Source of the DNA: Mycobacteriales bacterium
Lineage (GTDB): Bacteria > Actinomycetota > Actinomycetes > JAFAQI01
Length of the DNA: 64,000 bases
Direction of reading: 5' to 3'
Assembly (NCBI GenBank): GCA_035550655.1
Contig: DASZOU010000022.1
Span: 31,096 to 95,095 of the forward strand
The notes under the pieces: generated by a model
The model's database searches: none
Told to the model about the DNA's origin: nothing
The model's input: only the letters and a program-made list of their open reading frames with translations
Made by a program: the position numbers and the translations under genes
Shown: in pieces, positions 9,700-19,659 of the stretch
Layout: each line of letters begins with the position of its first letter
Numbering within the stretch: position 1 is the stretch's first letter

Positions 9700-10452
9700 T
9701 CATCCGATCAAAGTGTGCCGACCGGCGCCGTTTCGCGCTGCACCCCCCGGCGGAAACGGCTCACCCGGGTGAACAATGCCGCCTACCGCCGGGTCGCGCA
9801 GCCGGCCCACCGCCGCGCCCAGAAGGGCGGCGTTGGGAATCGCGAGCGGGCCCTCGGCGGTTTCCAGCGCGGTGTACACGATCCCGATGGAGGTGATCGT
9901 GCCGTCGAAGGGGCCGTTCAGGGAGCCAGACCGCACCCGGACGTACTCGCCGACCGCGAACGGGCGCGAGACGAGCATCACGATGCCGGCCGCCACGTTG
10001 CTGAGCGGCTGCTGCGCGGCGATTCCGACCACCACTCCGGTGATGGCACCGCCCAGGAGCAGTCGCTGCACCGAGATGTTCATCAGGTTCAGCGTGACGA
10101 CGAGGATGACCAGAATCCCGACGAGCATGACGCCGAGGCGCACGGCAGCGGCGGTCCCTGCGCCGCCACGCAGGCCAGCGACCCGGGAGGCCTCCCCAGC
10201 CGCCGAGCGGACCGCGACCACGCCGAAAACCGCGAACACCACGGCAAGCGCTATCGCGACGTACCGCCGAGTCGCGTGCGCATGCAGGGGGCCGAGCCTG
10301 CCGCTCACGATCACGGCGATGAGCGCCACGGCTCCGGTCCACATGGCCTGCCGAAAGTCGGGGTGAAGCCGGTTCTCCATCGCTTCCACGGCCCGGGCGG
10401 CGACCGCCCGGGTACGGCTGTCGGGGGAACGTCGTCTGATTAGGCGCACCAC
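9700..10452 (-). CDS. Mechanosensitive ion channel, MscS family
   Basis: TM3/beta-domain signature LNLMNISVQRLLLGGAITGVVVGIAAQQPLSNVAAGIVMLVSRPFAVGEYVRV. The true start may be the internal Met at 10380. Confidence 0.8.
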   Translation of the reverse strand: MVRLIRRRSPDSRTRAVAARAVEAMENRLHPDFRQAMWTGAVALIAVIVSGRLGPLHAHATRRYVAIALAVVFAVFGVVAVRSAAGEASRVAGLRGGAGTAAAVRLGVMLVGILVILVVTLNLMNISVQRLLLGGAITGVVVGIAAQQPLSNVAAGIVMLVSRPFAVGEYVRVRSGSLNGPFDGTITSIGIVYTALETAEGPLAIPNAALLGAAVGRLRDPAVGGIVHPGEPFPPGGAARNGAGRHTLIG

Positions 10453-10521
10453 ACTGCTCTGCCCGGATTGGGCGCCAGAACACGGGTGCGAAGGTGATCA
10501 TCGGGGTAGAGATCATGCGAG

Positions 10522-12477
10522 ATGAGCATCGAGATCGCCCCACGCGCCGCCGTTGACCCGCATCAGCTTCGCCGCGTCCTCGATGGGCGCTGGGCGGACA
10601 CTCGCGAGCAGGTCCGCCAGCTTCTTCGCGACCCACGCCTGGCCCCCCGCCAAGGACTGAGCATCGACGAGCAGCGGCAACGCACGCTAGAAGGACTGCT
10701 CGCCGTGGCTGCGACCGACGGCCCGAAGCTGATGTTCCCGAAGGAGTGCGGCGGTCTCGACGAAGTGGGCGCCGGCGTGACCAGCTTCGAGACGCAGGCT
10801 CACGCCGACCTCTCCCTGCTCGTCAAGTGCGGGGTGCAGTTCGGGCTGTTCGGCGGCGCCATCCGCCACCTCGGTACCGCCCGCCACCACGAGCAGTACC
10901 TCCGCGACGTGATGAACGCGGAGCTGCTCGGCTGCTTCGCCATGACGGAGACCGGTCACGGCTCAGACGTCCAGTCGCTTCGCACGACCGCGACGTACGA
11001 CGCGACGACCCAGGAGTTCGTCGTCTGCACCCCCGACGACGACGCCGCCAAGAACTACATCGGCAACGCGGCGCGCGACGGCCGGCTGGCCGTCGTCTTC
11101 GCCCAGCTCTGCACCGCCGGCGAGGTACACGGTGTGCACGCGCTGCTGGTGCCGATCAGGGACGCCGCGGGCAACACCGCGCCGGGGGTGCGAATCGCCG
11201 ACGACGGCGAGAAAGCCGGACTGAACGGCGTCGACAACGGTCGCATCTGGTTCGACAACGTCCGGGTTCCGCGCGAAGCATTGCTCGACCGGTTCGGAGC
11301 GGTTTCGCCGGACGGCAGCTACTCGAGTCCCGTCGACAACGTCAACCGCCGCTTCTTCACCATGCTCGGCACGCTCGTGCAGGGGCGCATCAGCATCTCC
11401 GGCTCCGCGTTGTCCGCGACGAAGAACGCGCTGACGATCGCCGTCCGCTATGGCAACAGCCGCCGCCAGTTCAAGGCTCCTGACGCCGGCGAGGAGATCG
11501 TGGTGCTCGACTACCTCGCGCACCAGCGGGCGCTGCTGCCCGCGCTCGCAACCACCTACGCCTTGAGCTTCGCCCAAGCGGAGCTGGTGAGCGAGCTGCA
11601 CGACGTGCAGTCGGAGGCGAGCGACGAACAGGCGCGCCGACGGCTCGAGACGTTCGCTGCCGGACTGAAGGCGACGTCGACGTGGCATGCCACCGCCACC
11701 ATCCAGGCCTGCCGTGAGGCGTGTGGGGGCGCCGGCTATCTCTCGGAGAACCAGCTCGCGGGACTCAAGGCCGACACCGACGTCTTCACGACCTTCGAAG
11801 GTGACAACACCGTCCTGCTGCAGCTGGTGGCGAAGACGTTGCTGACGAACTACCAGGCGGAGTTCGGAGAGCTCGACACGATCGGCACCGCGCGCTTCGT
11901 CGCCGAGCAGGTGGCCGACATCGTCATCGAGCGGAGCGGTGCGCGAGGGATCGTGCAACGGCTCGTCGACGCGCTCCCCGGTACGTCGGACGACGAGACC
12001 AGCCTGCTCGACCGCGGCTACCAGATCTCACTGCTCGCCTGGCGCGAGAAGCACCTGCTGGAAGGCCTCGCGCGACGACTGCGCAAAGGCGTCGAAGCCG
12101 ATGCCGATCTCTTCGACGTCTTCAACTCGGCGCAGGACCACCTGCTCCTCGCCGCACGCGCCCACATTGACGCTCGCGTCCTCGAGGCGTTCGACACCGC
12201 ATTGAGCGCTGTGGAGGACGAGGCGGTCGCAGACCTGCTGAACCGCGTGTGCGACCTCCATGCGCTGTCGGTGATCGAGCGTGAGCGCGGCTGGTTCCTG
12301 GAGCACAACCGGCTGACGGCCAGCCGCAGCAAGCGAGTGACCGCCACGGTGAACGACCTCTGCCGCGAGCTGCGACCGCACGCCGATCTCCTGGTGGCGG
12401 CGTTCGGCATCCCGGATGAGCTCATCACCGCTCCGATCGCCTGCCGGCCCGCGGGCGCCGGCCCTCGGTTTGGTTGA
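10522..12477 (+). CDS. Acyl-CoA oxidase / acyl-CoA dehydrogenase family (ACOX-like, 651 aa)
   Basis: ACAD N/M/C domains (…CFAMTETGHGSDVQSL…, …GGAGY…) plus the C-terminal ACOX-type extension. Confidence 0.85.
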   Translation: MSIEIAPRAAVDPHQLRRVLDGRWADTREQVRQLLRDPRLAPRQGLSIDEQRQRTLEGLLAVAATDGPKLMFPKECGGLDEVGAGVTSFETQAHADLSLLVKCGVQFGLFGGAIRHLGTARHHEQYLRDVMNAELLGCFAMTETGHGSDVQSLRTTATYDATTQEFVVCTPDDDAAKNYIGNAARDGRLAVVFAQLCTAGEVHGVHALLVPIRDAAGNTAPGVRIADDGEKAGLNGVDNGRIWFDNVRVPREALLDRFGAVSPDGSYSSPVDNVNRRFFTMLGTLVQGRISISGSALSATKNALTIAVRYGNSRRQFKAPDAGEEIVVLDYLAHQRALLPALATTYALSFAQAELVSELHDVQSEASDEQARRRLETFAAGLKATSTWHATATIQACREACGGAGYLSENQLAGLKADTDVFTTFEGDNTVLLQLVAKTLLTNYQAEFGELDTIGTARFVAEQVADIVIERSGARGIVQRLVDALPGTSDDETSLLDRGYQISLLAWREKHLLEGLARRLRKGVEADADLFDVFNSAQDHLLLAARAHIDARVLEAFDTALSAVEDEAVADLLNRVCDLHALSVIERERGWFLEHNRLTASRSKRVTATVNDLCRELRPHADLLVAAFGIPDELITAPIACRPAGAGPRFG

Positions 12478-12486
12478 CTCTTCGCC

Positions 12487-13413
12487 ATGACTGGACGCGA
12501 ACAGGCGATCGGCGCCGCCCTCGCCGTGGTGGTGCTCGTGGGGGTCATCGACGCCTCCGTCTCCGGACATGACAGCGGATCGACGCCGTCGTCCTCCGCA
12601 ACCCCTGCGGCGACCAGCCAGCCGACCACGAGCGCGCCGACACCGACCAGCGCTGCCACCTCGGCCCAGCCCTCGCACCGAGCGCACCACTCCCCGCACC
12701 ACACGGCGAACGGCGGCGTCACGCCTGCGACGACTGCGGCCGAAGCCGCGTCGCCGACCCCGACCCGCACAACCGCTGCGCGGCATGCGTCACCGACCGC
12801 CTCGGCGTCGCCGACCATCCCTCCGGGGGTGCTCGGAACGTTCAGCTACACGACCAAGGGGTCGGAACAGACCAACATCCCGGGAACGCAGCGGGAGTTC
12901 CCCTCAACCACGAAGATCACGAACAAGCGAAAGGCATGCGGTGTCGCCAGCACCTGGAAGCCGGTGCCCGAGCACGTCCAGACGCAGGTGCTCTGCCCAT
13001 CGGGTGACGGGATCAAGGTCACGTCGTACCGCACCACGATCAGCTTCTACGGCGTCAGCAGCGGCGAAGACTTCACCTGCTCCGGACCGTCATACGTCTA
13101 CCAGCCAGCAGTCGCGGCGGGCCACGTCTGGAAGTTCAAGTGCAAGGCACCGGACGCGGTCGCGGTGCAGACCTCACGCGTCGTCGGCTACGACACGATC
13201 GACGTCGGCGGCACGACGGTCCGAACCCTCCACGTCCACGTCGACACGAAGTTGCACGGCAACAGCAGCGGGAGGTCCTCGCAGGACTACTGGATCGCGA
13301 CCAGCAAGCCCATCCTGGTCAAGGAACAGGGCACGGTAGCGGCGTCCCAGCGGAACGTGAACTACACCGAGAGCTACTCGCTGGCGCTCAAGAGCCTCTC
13401 CCCCAAGACCTGA
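12487..13413 (+). CDS. Membrane-anchored secreted protein with a Ser/Thr/Pro-rich linker and a Cys-containing C-terminal domain (unknown function)
   Basis: N-terminal TM helix, ~90-aa PT-rich low-complexity linker, then a ~190-aa domain with 4 Cys. The C-terminal domain has visibly lower GC than its surroundings. Confidence 0.55.
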   Translation: MTGREQAIGAALAVVVLVGVIDASVSGHDSGSTPSSSATPAATSQPTTSAPTPTSAATSAQPSHRAHHSPHHTANGGVTPATTAAEAASPTPTRTTAARHASPTASASPTIPPGVLGTFSYTTKGSEQTNIPGTQREFPSTTKITNKRKACGVASTWKPVPEHVQTQVLCPSGDGIKVTSYRTTISFYGVSSGEDFTCSGPSYVYQPAVAAGHVWKFKCKAPDAVAVQTSRVVGYDTIDVGGTTVRTLHVHVDTKLHGNSSGRSSQDYWIATSKPILVKEQGTVAASQRNVNYTESYSLALKSLSPKT

Positions 13414-14297
13414 CGCTCGCGTTCCGGCATCGACAACAGGCCGGCGGTGAAGACGCCGAGCGCCACCCAAACCAGACAGAAGCCGACGAGACGGACCGCC
13501 GGGAGCGGCTCGTGACGGACGGCTACGCCGATCACGAACTGGATGGTCGGGGTCAGGTACTGCATCAGGCCAAGGCGTGACAGCGCGATCCGCGGGGCCG
13601 CGCCGGCGAACAGCAGCAGCGGCACGACGGTCACGATCCCCGCGCTGGCCAGCAGCGCGGCGTGGTCGGCGCCGTGACCCGTGAACGTCCCATCACCGCG
13701 GGCCGCCGAAACGGCGAGGTAACCCGCAGCAAGCGGCGCGAGGACCGCGGCTTCGACCACGAGTCCGTTCATGGGCGTCACGCCGACGACCTTCTTCACC
13801 AGGCCGTACGCACCGAAGCTGAACGCGAGCACCAACGCGATCCAGGGCGGCCGACCGGCTTGGACGGTCAGGACCACGACTCCCGCGGTCGCGACCCCTA
13901 CCGCCGTCCACTGCGTGCGCCCCAACCGCTCTCGCAGCACGATCACGCCTAGGGCGACAGTGACGAGCGGATTGATGAAGTAGCCCAGCGAGGTCTCCAC
14001 GACATGGCCGTGGTTGACGCCCCAGATGTACACGCCCCAGTTGATGCCGATCAGCAACCCCGCCAGGCTCAACAGGCCGAGCGAGCGGGTGTCCCTCGGC
14101 AACGCCCGCCACGCGCCCCGTCCCGACACCACAAGCAGAAGCACCGTGACGCTGATCAGGGACCACACCACGCGGTGGGCGAGGATCTCCACGGCACCGG
14201 CCGGCTTCAGCAACGGCCAGTACAGCGGGAACAGGCCCCAGATGAGGTACGCCGCGAGGCCCATCACGGTGCCGCGGCGTTCCTCAGTCACGTCCAC
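13374..14297 (-). CDS. rarD: RarD (EamA/DMT-family transporter)
   Basis: 307 aa, 10 TM; N-terminus LAAYLIWGLFPLYWPLLKPAGAVEILAHRVVWS is the RarD signature. Confidence 0.85.
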   Translation of the reverse strand: MDVTEERRGTVMGLAAYLIWGLFPLYWPLLKPAGAVEILAHRVVWSLISVTVLLLVVSGRGAWRALPRDTRSLGLLSLAGLLIGINWGVYIWGVNHGHVVETSLGYFINPLVTVALGVIVLRERLGRTQWTAVGVATAGVVVLTVQAGRPPWIALVLAFSFGAYGLVKKVVGVTPMNGLVVEAAVLAPLAAGYLAVSAARGDGTFTGHGADHAALLASAGIVTVVPLLLFAGAAPRIALSRLGLMQYLTPTIQFVIGVAVRHEPLPAVRLVGFCLVWVALGVFTAGLLSMPERERQVLGERLLSASE

Positions 14298-14455
14298 GTT
14301 CCCGTCCCCGGCCGGCTGGCACGCCGGGCGGTGCCGGCTGGTCGGTTCGACGCTATCGGCCGGGTCGCATCGCCTCGACGCGTTTTCCGACTGGTCCGCT
14401 CGGCTACACCCGACCTGTGGGCCACGACTATGGCGGCGGGAGCGGTACGCGAGCG

Positions 14456-15706
14456 ATGATCACCGATGTGACCTCGACACCGACCGCACCCACTGCGGCG
14501 AGAGCGGTCAATCTCGAGCGCTGGCCCGGCATGGCGCCGCCACAGCCAGCACGGATCCGTGCGGCGCTCGCGCGCGCCGCCATGCGGCGAATCGCTCGTC
14601 GCGCCGGGCTACGCGTCGACCTGCCCGACGGCTCTCATTTCGGTCCCGATGACGCCCCCGTGATGCGGGTCATCTCCGCCGAGTCCTTCTTCACCCGGCT
14701 GGGACGCGACGGCAAGATCGGCTTCGGCGAGGCGTTCATGGCCGGCGACTGGGACGCGCCCGATCTGGCCGCGGCGATCGAGCCGCTGGCCCGTCACATC
14801 GACTCGCTGGTTCCGGAGTGGCTGCAGTGGATCCGTGGGGCCTACGAAGCGCGCCAGCCCGCGACTGAGGACAACGATCGCCACGGAGCGCGCAGCAACA
14901 TCGAGCGCCACTACGACCTGTCGAACGAGCTGTTCGCGCTGTTCCTCGACGAGACGATGACGTACTCGTCGGCGATCTTCGACGACCCGGGCGAGCCATT
15001 GGCGACGGCACAGCGCCGGAAGATCGACCGGCTGCTCGACCAGGCCGGGGTCGAGGCGGGAAGCCGGGTGCTCGAGATCGGGACCGGCTGGGGCGAGCTG
15101 GCGATCCGCGCCGCCCGCCGCGGTGCCTCGGTCACGACGATCACCCTGTCGAAAGAGCAGGCGGCACTCGCCCGTCAGCGTGCGGGGGCAGAAGCGGTCG
15201 ACGACAGGGTCGACGTTCGGCTCTGCGACTACCGCGACATCGGCGGCACGTACGACGCGATCGTCAGCGTCGAGATGATCGAGGCGGTCGGTGAGCGATG
15301 GTGGCCGACGTACTTCGAGGTACTCGACCGGCGGCTGCGGGCAGGCGGGCGGGTCGGCCTGCAAGCCATCGTGATGCCACACCGCAGGATGCTCGCCTCA
15401 CGTCGGTCTTACTCCTGGATTCACAAGTACATCTTCCCGGGCGGAATCATCCCGTCGCTCGACGCCATCGAAGACATCGTGCGAAAGCAAACCGCGTTGC
15501 GCATCATCGATGTGAAGCGGTTCGGCGCCTCCTACGCGGAGACGTTGCGGCGTTGGCGAGAGCGCTTCGTCTCGGCCGCCGCCGCCGTCAGCGCCCTCGG
15601 CTTCGATGACACCTTCCGGCGGATGTGGACCTTCTACCTCGCCTACTGCGAGGCGGGATTCCGTGCCGGCCATCTCGACGTCGTACAGCTCACGATGACG
15701 AAGTGA
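14456..15706 (+). CDS. Cyclopropane-fatty-acyl-phospholipid synthase family SAM-dependent methyltransferase
   Basis: HYDLSNELFALFLDETMTYSSAIF…VLEIGTGWGELAIRAARRGASVTTITLS…; the N-terminal IGFGEAFMAGDWDA extension is typical of the mycolic-acid/CFA synthase-like family. Start taken at ATG 14456. Confidence 0.85.
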   Translation: MITDVTSTPTAPTAARAVNLERWPGMAPPQPARIRAALARAAMRRIARRAGLRVDLPDGSHFGPDDAPVMRVISAESFFTRLGRDGKIGFGEAFMAGDWDAPDLAAAIEPLARHIDSLVPEWLQWIRGAYEARQPATEDNDRHGARSNIERHYDLSNELFALFLDETMTYSSAIFDDPGEPLATAQRRKIDRLLDQAGVEAGSRVLEIGTGWGELAIRAARRGASVTTITLSKEQAALARQRAGAEAVDDRVDVRLCDYRDIGGTYDAIVSVEMIEAVGERWWPTYFEVLDRRLRAGGRVGLQAIVMPHRRMLASRRSYSWIHKYIFPGGIIPSLDAIEDIVRKQTALRIIDVKRFGASYAETLRRWRERFVSAAAAVSALGFDDTFRRMWTFYLAYCEAGFRAGHLDVVQLTMTK

Positions 15707-16527
15707 GCGACTTCGGGGGGGACCGGTTCGCCACCGGATTGGCGGTCACGGCCGGGGTCGACATCGTGGTCTTCGCGGCGACGTGGGCGCTGGCGCGCCG
15801 GCGCGGCCGATACAACATCGTCGACGTGACGTGGGGGCTCGCAATCCTCGCGATCACGGGGACGGCCTTCGGCTGGTCGACCGCTACTTCGGGTGACACG
15901 ACGCGGCGAGTGCTGGTGCTGGTCATGACAGCCGCGTGGGCGTTGCGCCTTGCGTGGCACATCGCAGCCCGCAACCGCGGCCATGGCGAGGACCCGCGCT
16001 ACGCCGCGATCCTGCGCAAAGCGCCGGGCTCGGTGCCGCTGTACGCGATCCGCCGCGTGTTCCTCCCGCAAGCCGTGATCGCCTTCGGTGTCTCGATGCC
16101 GCAGCAGGTCGCGATGTACCAGCGCGGCTCCCGGCCGGCGCTCGACATCATCGGCGCGGCCTTGTTCGTCATCGGCCTCGGGTTCGAGGCGACGGCCGAC
16201 GCGCAGCTGGCGCGGTTCATTCGTACTCGCAGCGGCAGTCACGAGGTCATGGACCACGGGCTGTGGCGTTACAGCCGTCACCCGAACTACTTCGGCGAGT
16301 CGGTGCTCTGGTTCGGCCTCTGGCTGCCGGCGGCCGGTGACTGGCGCGGGCAGCTGACGGTGATCGCTCCGGTGGTCGTGACCTATCTCGTCGGGTTCGC
16401 GACCGGCAAGCCGATGCTCGAGAAGGGAATGGCCAAGCGCAAGCCGGCGTACGCGGCGTACATGGCGAAGACGTCCGGCTTCGTGCCCCTCCCGCCGCGG
16501 CGGCTGCGACCAACCGTGCCCGAGTGA
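15703..16527 (+). CDS. DUF1295 membrane protein (steroid 5-alpha-reductase / ICMT-like fold)
   Basis: In-frame GTG at 15703 overlaps the TGA of the preceding gene (GTGA). The C-terminal HEVMDHGLWRYSRHPNYFGESVLWFGLW motif is characteristic of the family. Confidence 0.8.
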   Translation: MSDFGGDRFATGLAVTAGVDIVVFAATWALARRRGRYNIVDVTWGLAILAITGTAFGWSTATSGDTTRRVLVLVMTAAWALRLAWHIAARNRGHGEDPRYAAILRKAPGSVPLYAIRRVFLPQAVIAFGVSMPQQVAMYQRGSRPALDIIGAALFVIGLGFEATADAQLARFIRTRSGSHEVMDHGLWRYSRHPNYFGESVLWFGLWLPAAGDWRGQLTVIAPVVVTYLVGFATGKPMLEKGMAKRKPAYAAYMAKTSGFVPLPPRRLRPTVPE

Positions 16528-16545
16528 CCAGGACATGATCCCGAC

Positions 16546-17562
16546 ATGACGGTCCGACCTGTCAGCGAGCTGCTCGCCCGAGCCTCTGAACGCCGTGCGG
16601 TAAACCCCGCGGACGGAAAGAGCTCCTCGACCTTCGAGAAGGTGACGATCGACGGCGAGCGGTATTTCTTGAAGCGGCTCAGCCCGGCGACGGACTGGAT
16701 CATGCGGGTGACGGGCGACGAGGTGCATCGCCCCTACCTGGTCTGGCAGGCGGGACTCATGGGAGAGGCGCCGGCCTCCATCGACCACACCGTCGTGGCA
16801 ATGCAGATCGACGGGGCGGGCAAGGATGCCGTCTGCTCCACGCTGATGCGCGACATCGCCGAACACCTCGTCCCAGAGGGTGACGGCGTCGTACCGAGGT
16901 CGCAGCACGAGAGCTTCATCGATCACCTGGCGGAGCTCTCCGCAGCGTTCTGGGGATTCACCGACACCATCGGCGGCCTGACGACGATGACCGAGCGGCT
17001 GCGCTTCTTCGATCCCCGGGTGGTGGCGAAGGAGCTCGAAGTCGCCGACCCTCCCGGCCCGATCGTCGGGGCGGACGCCGGGTGGCGCGCGCTCCCCGCG
17101 CTGTCGCCCCTCCTCGCCGACCTGGCCTTCGCCGTGCAGGACGACCCGTCCCTGCTGACGGTTCCGCTGTCGCAGACGCCGGTGACCTTCCTTCACGGGG
17201 ACTGGAAGATGGGCAACCTGGGGTCTCACCCGGATGGACGGACCATCCTGCTCGACTGGGCCTATCCCGGATCGGGCCCGGCCTGCTGGGACCTGTGCTG
17301 GTACCTCGCGCTCAACCGGGCGCGGCTGCCGGAGCCGAAGGAGGCCTCGATCGAGCGGTTCCGGGCGGCTCTCGAGCGCCACGGCGTCGCGACGGCCGAC
17401 TGGTTCGACCGGCAGCTCGACCTCTGCCTCGCAGCGATCATGGTCACGTTCGGCTGGGAGAAGGCGATCGGCGACGAGACTGAGCTGCGATGGTGGGAAC
17501 ACCACGTCCGTGAGGCCCTGCAGCGTCAGGGAATCGGGCTTCCGCGCCGCGGTCCGGCGTGA
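16546..17562 (+). CDS. Phosphotransferase enzyme family protein (APH / choline-kinase-like kinase fold)
   Basis: Brenner-type catalytic motif FLHGDWKMGNLG and the DWAYPGSGPACWDL activation segment are present. Confidence 0.75.
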   Translation: MTVRPVSELLARASERRAVNPADGKSSSTFEKVTIDGERYFLKRLSPATDWIMRVTGDEVHRPYLVWQAGLMGEAPASIDHTVVAMQIDGAGKDAVCSTLMRDIAEHLVPEGDGVVPRSQHESFIDHLAELSAAFWGFTDTIGGLTTMTERLRFFDPRVVAKELEVADPPGPIVGADAGWRALPALSPLLADLAFAVQDDPSLLTVPLSQTPVTFLHGDWKMGNLGSHPDGRTILLDWAYPGSGPACWDLCWYLALNRARLPEPKEASIERFRAALERHGVATADWFDRQLDLCLAAIMVTFGWEKAIGDETELRWWEHHVREALQRQGIGLPRRGPA

Positions 17563-18338
17563 CCATCGACCACTACGCCGGTGCTGCCCGCCGATGGGCC
17601 GAAGGCGCGACGATCGTCTACCGGCCGATCGCCCATCGGCTGCTCGACACCAGCCCACATCGACTGACTGGACGGGCGGTCCTCGACGCCGGCGCCGGCA
17701 CCGGGGTGGTCAGTGCGGCGCTGACCGAGCTCGGGGCACGTCCGATCGCTCTCGATCTGTCCGTCGACATGTTGGCGTGGGGCGCGGATCACCGGCCACC
17801 AGCGGTCGCGGGGGACGTCACCCGGCTGCCGCTTCGCTCCGACGCGGTGGACGACACCGTCGCGGCGTTCGTGTTCAACCATCTGACCGAGCCCCATCTC
17901 GCGCTCGCCGAGGCCGGTCGGGTGACGCGCCCGGGTGGCGGCGTACTCGCCTGCGTCTACGCGAACTCCAGCCGAAGTGAGGTTCGCGACGCGCTGGACG
18001 AAGCGGCCCGCGGTGAGGGCTGGCGCGTCCCCGACTGGTACGTGCGACTGAAGCAGACAGCGACACCACTGCTCGGTGATCCGCACCGGATGGCGGCGAC
18101 CGCCGACCGGGCCGGGCTTGCCGACGTCATCGCGACCGAAGAGGTCCTGGACGTCGGCGTCGAGGAACCTGAACAGCTCGTCGACTACCGGCTCGGCCAG
18201 GCTCAGTTCGCCGCCTGGCTCGACGAGCTCGGACCCCGCCGGGCGGAGCAGGCGAGAGACCGCCTGGTCGAGGTGGTCCGGCCGATCATGCGGCCCTACC
18301 GGCCGACCGTCGTGTTTCTCGTGGCACGCGCTCGCTGA
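17559..18338 (+). CDS. Class I SAM-dependent methyltransferase
   Basis: Motif I AVLDAGAGTGVVSAAL and post-I acidic residue. ATGA overlap with the upstream kinase-like gene. Confidence 0.75.
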   Translation: MTIDHYAGAARRWAEGATIVYRPIAHRLLDTSPHRLTGRAVLDAGAGTGVVSAALTELGARPIALDLSVDMLAWGADHRPPAVAGDVTRLPLRSDAVDDTVAAFVFNHLTEPHLALAEAGRVTRPGGGVLACVYANSSRSEVRDALDEAARGEGWRVPDWYVRLKQTATPLLGDPHRMAATADRAGLADVIATEEVLDVGVEEPEQLVDYRLGQAQFAAWLDELGPRRAEQARDRLVEVVRPIMRPYRPTVVFLVARAR

Positions 18339-18412
18339 CGCGAGCAGGTGGCGGTCGCTCGCCAAACGGCTCGCTACGACGCAGACTCAGGATCGACCCG
18401 GGAGGGGATGTC

Positions 18413-18973
18413 ATGGCAGACCTGAACGACGTACACCGCCGAGTGCTGAGCGCGACCGGCACGATCGTCGCCGGCATCGGTCCGCAACAGTGGAATGAGG
18501 CGACCCCGTGCGAAGGGTGGGATGTACGCGCCCTGGCCAACCACGTGGTCGCGGGCAACTACTGGGCCGCTGAGCTCGCCGCGGGGAAGACGATCGACGA
18601 AGTCGGAACCGCCCTCGACGGCGACGTGCTGGGGGACGACGCGGCCGGCTCGTACGAGAAGTCGGCAGCTGCGGCAGCGGCCGCCTTCGAGGCGCCGGGA
18701 GCCCTCGACGCACCGTGCGCCGTTTCCTACGGGCCGGTCCCCGGCTCGGTGTACGCCGGTCACCGGATCATCGACGTGCTCGTTCACGGCTGGGACCTTG
18801 CCAAGGCGACCGGACAGGACACCACGCTCGATCCCGATCTGGTCGCCGCCTGCATCGAGATCGTCGAGCCTCAGCTCGACATGCTGGCGGCCAGTGGAGC
18901 CTTCGCCCCCGCCACCGAGGTCGGGGACGACGCGGATCCGCAGGCGAGGCTGCTGGGCTGGCTCGGTCGCTAA
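18413..18973 (+). CDS. Mycothiol-dependent maleylpyruvate isomerase N-terminal-domain / DinB_2-like protein (TIGR03086-type)
   Basis: 186 aa; WNEATPCEGWDVRALANHVV…HGWDLAKATG conserved His/Asp pattern of the DinB/YfiT four-helix family. Confidence 0.65.
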   Translation: MADLNDVHRRVLSATGTIVAGIGPQQWNEATPCEGWDVRALANHVVAGNYWAAELAAGKTIDEVGTALDGDVLGDDAAGSYEKSAAAAAAAFEAPGALDAPCAVSYGPVPGSVYAGHRIIDVLVHGWDLAKATGQDTTLDPDLVAACIEIVEPQLDMLAASGAFAPATEVGDDADPQARLLGWLGR

Positions 18974-19659
18974 CCCCCGCGCCGCGCGGCGGTGCGGATC
19001 GACAGCCGCGGCCCGATGAAGACCCGGGCCAGCGCCAAGAGGGCAACCGCGTACATCGCGCCCTCGATCAGCGGCCACAGGATCGGGCCGTGGCCTGCCA
19101 GGCCGGTGTCGATGAGCAGCCGCGCGCCGTAGAACGGCAGCAGTTTCGCGACCGTCGACGTGTGGCTCACCGCAAGCTGGATGCCGACGACACCGATCAG
19201 GACGAGCGTTGCCTCGAGCTCGCGCGGGACGATTGCGGCGACGGCGATGCCGAACGGCACCGCGATCGCAGCAACGGCACTCACCCCGAGCAGCAGCACG
19301 CCAGGGTTGTCGGGATGCGAGATCGGCGCCATCAGCGCGGTGAACAGCCCGGACAGCACGATGCCGAACGGGCACAAGAAGAGCAGCCGACCGACCAGCA
19401 GCTCGTGGGGCCGGTATCCCGACAGCACGAGCCGGTGATCGACCTCACTGGAGGACAGCGCGGAGAAGACGGTGGCGCCGCCAACGGCGAACGCCATCGC
19501 CACGCCCCCGGTGCCGACCGCGTCCCGGCCTTCTCCCACCGAGCTGAGGTAGAAGCTCATCGGCAGTGCCACGAGCAGCGCGATGGCGATGTGCCGGCGG
19601 ACCAGGTCCCGGCCGTGCATCTCCGCCATGATCACCATGCGCGACAGCGACTCCCTCAT
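18970..19659 (-). CDS. ABC-2 type transporter permease
   Basis: 6 TM segments. Start at MRESLSRM (19659) is coupled to the ATPase stop (ATGA). Confidence 0.7.
   Translation of the reverse strand: MRESLSRMVIMAEMHGRDLVRRHIAIALLVALPMSFYLSSVGEGRDAVGTGGVAMAFAVGGATVFSALSSSEVDHRLVLSGYRPHELLVGRLLFLCPFGIVLSGLFTALMAPISHPDNPGVLLLGVSAVAAIAVPFGIAVAAIVPRELEATLVLIGVVGIQLAVSHTSTVAKLLPFYGARLLIDTGLAGHGPILWPLIEGAMYAVALLALARVFIGPRLSIRTAARRGG

Noticed and set aside
15643-17658. 671-aa ORF on - strand
   Set aside because: Antisense to three well-supported plus-strand genes (DUF1295, kinase-like, MTase). Composition is Arg/Gly/Pro-rich with no domain.
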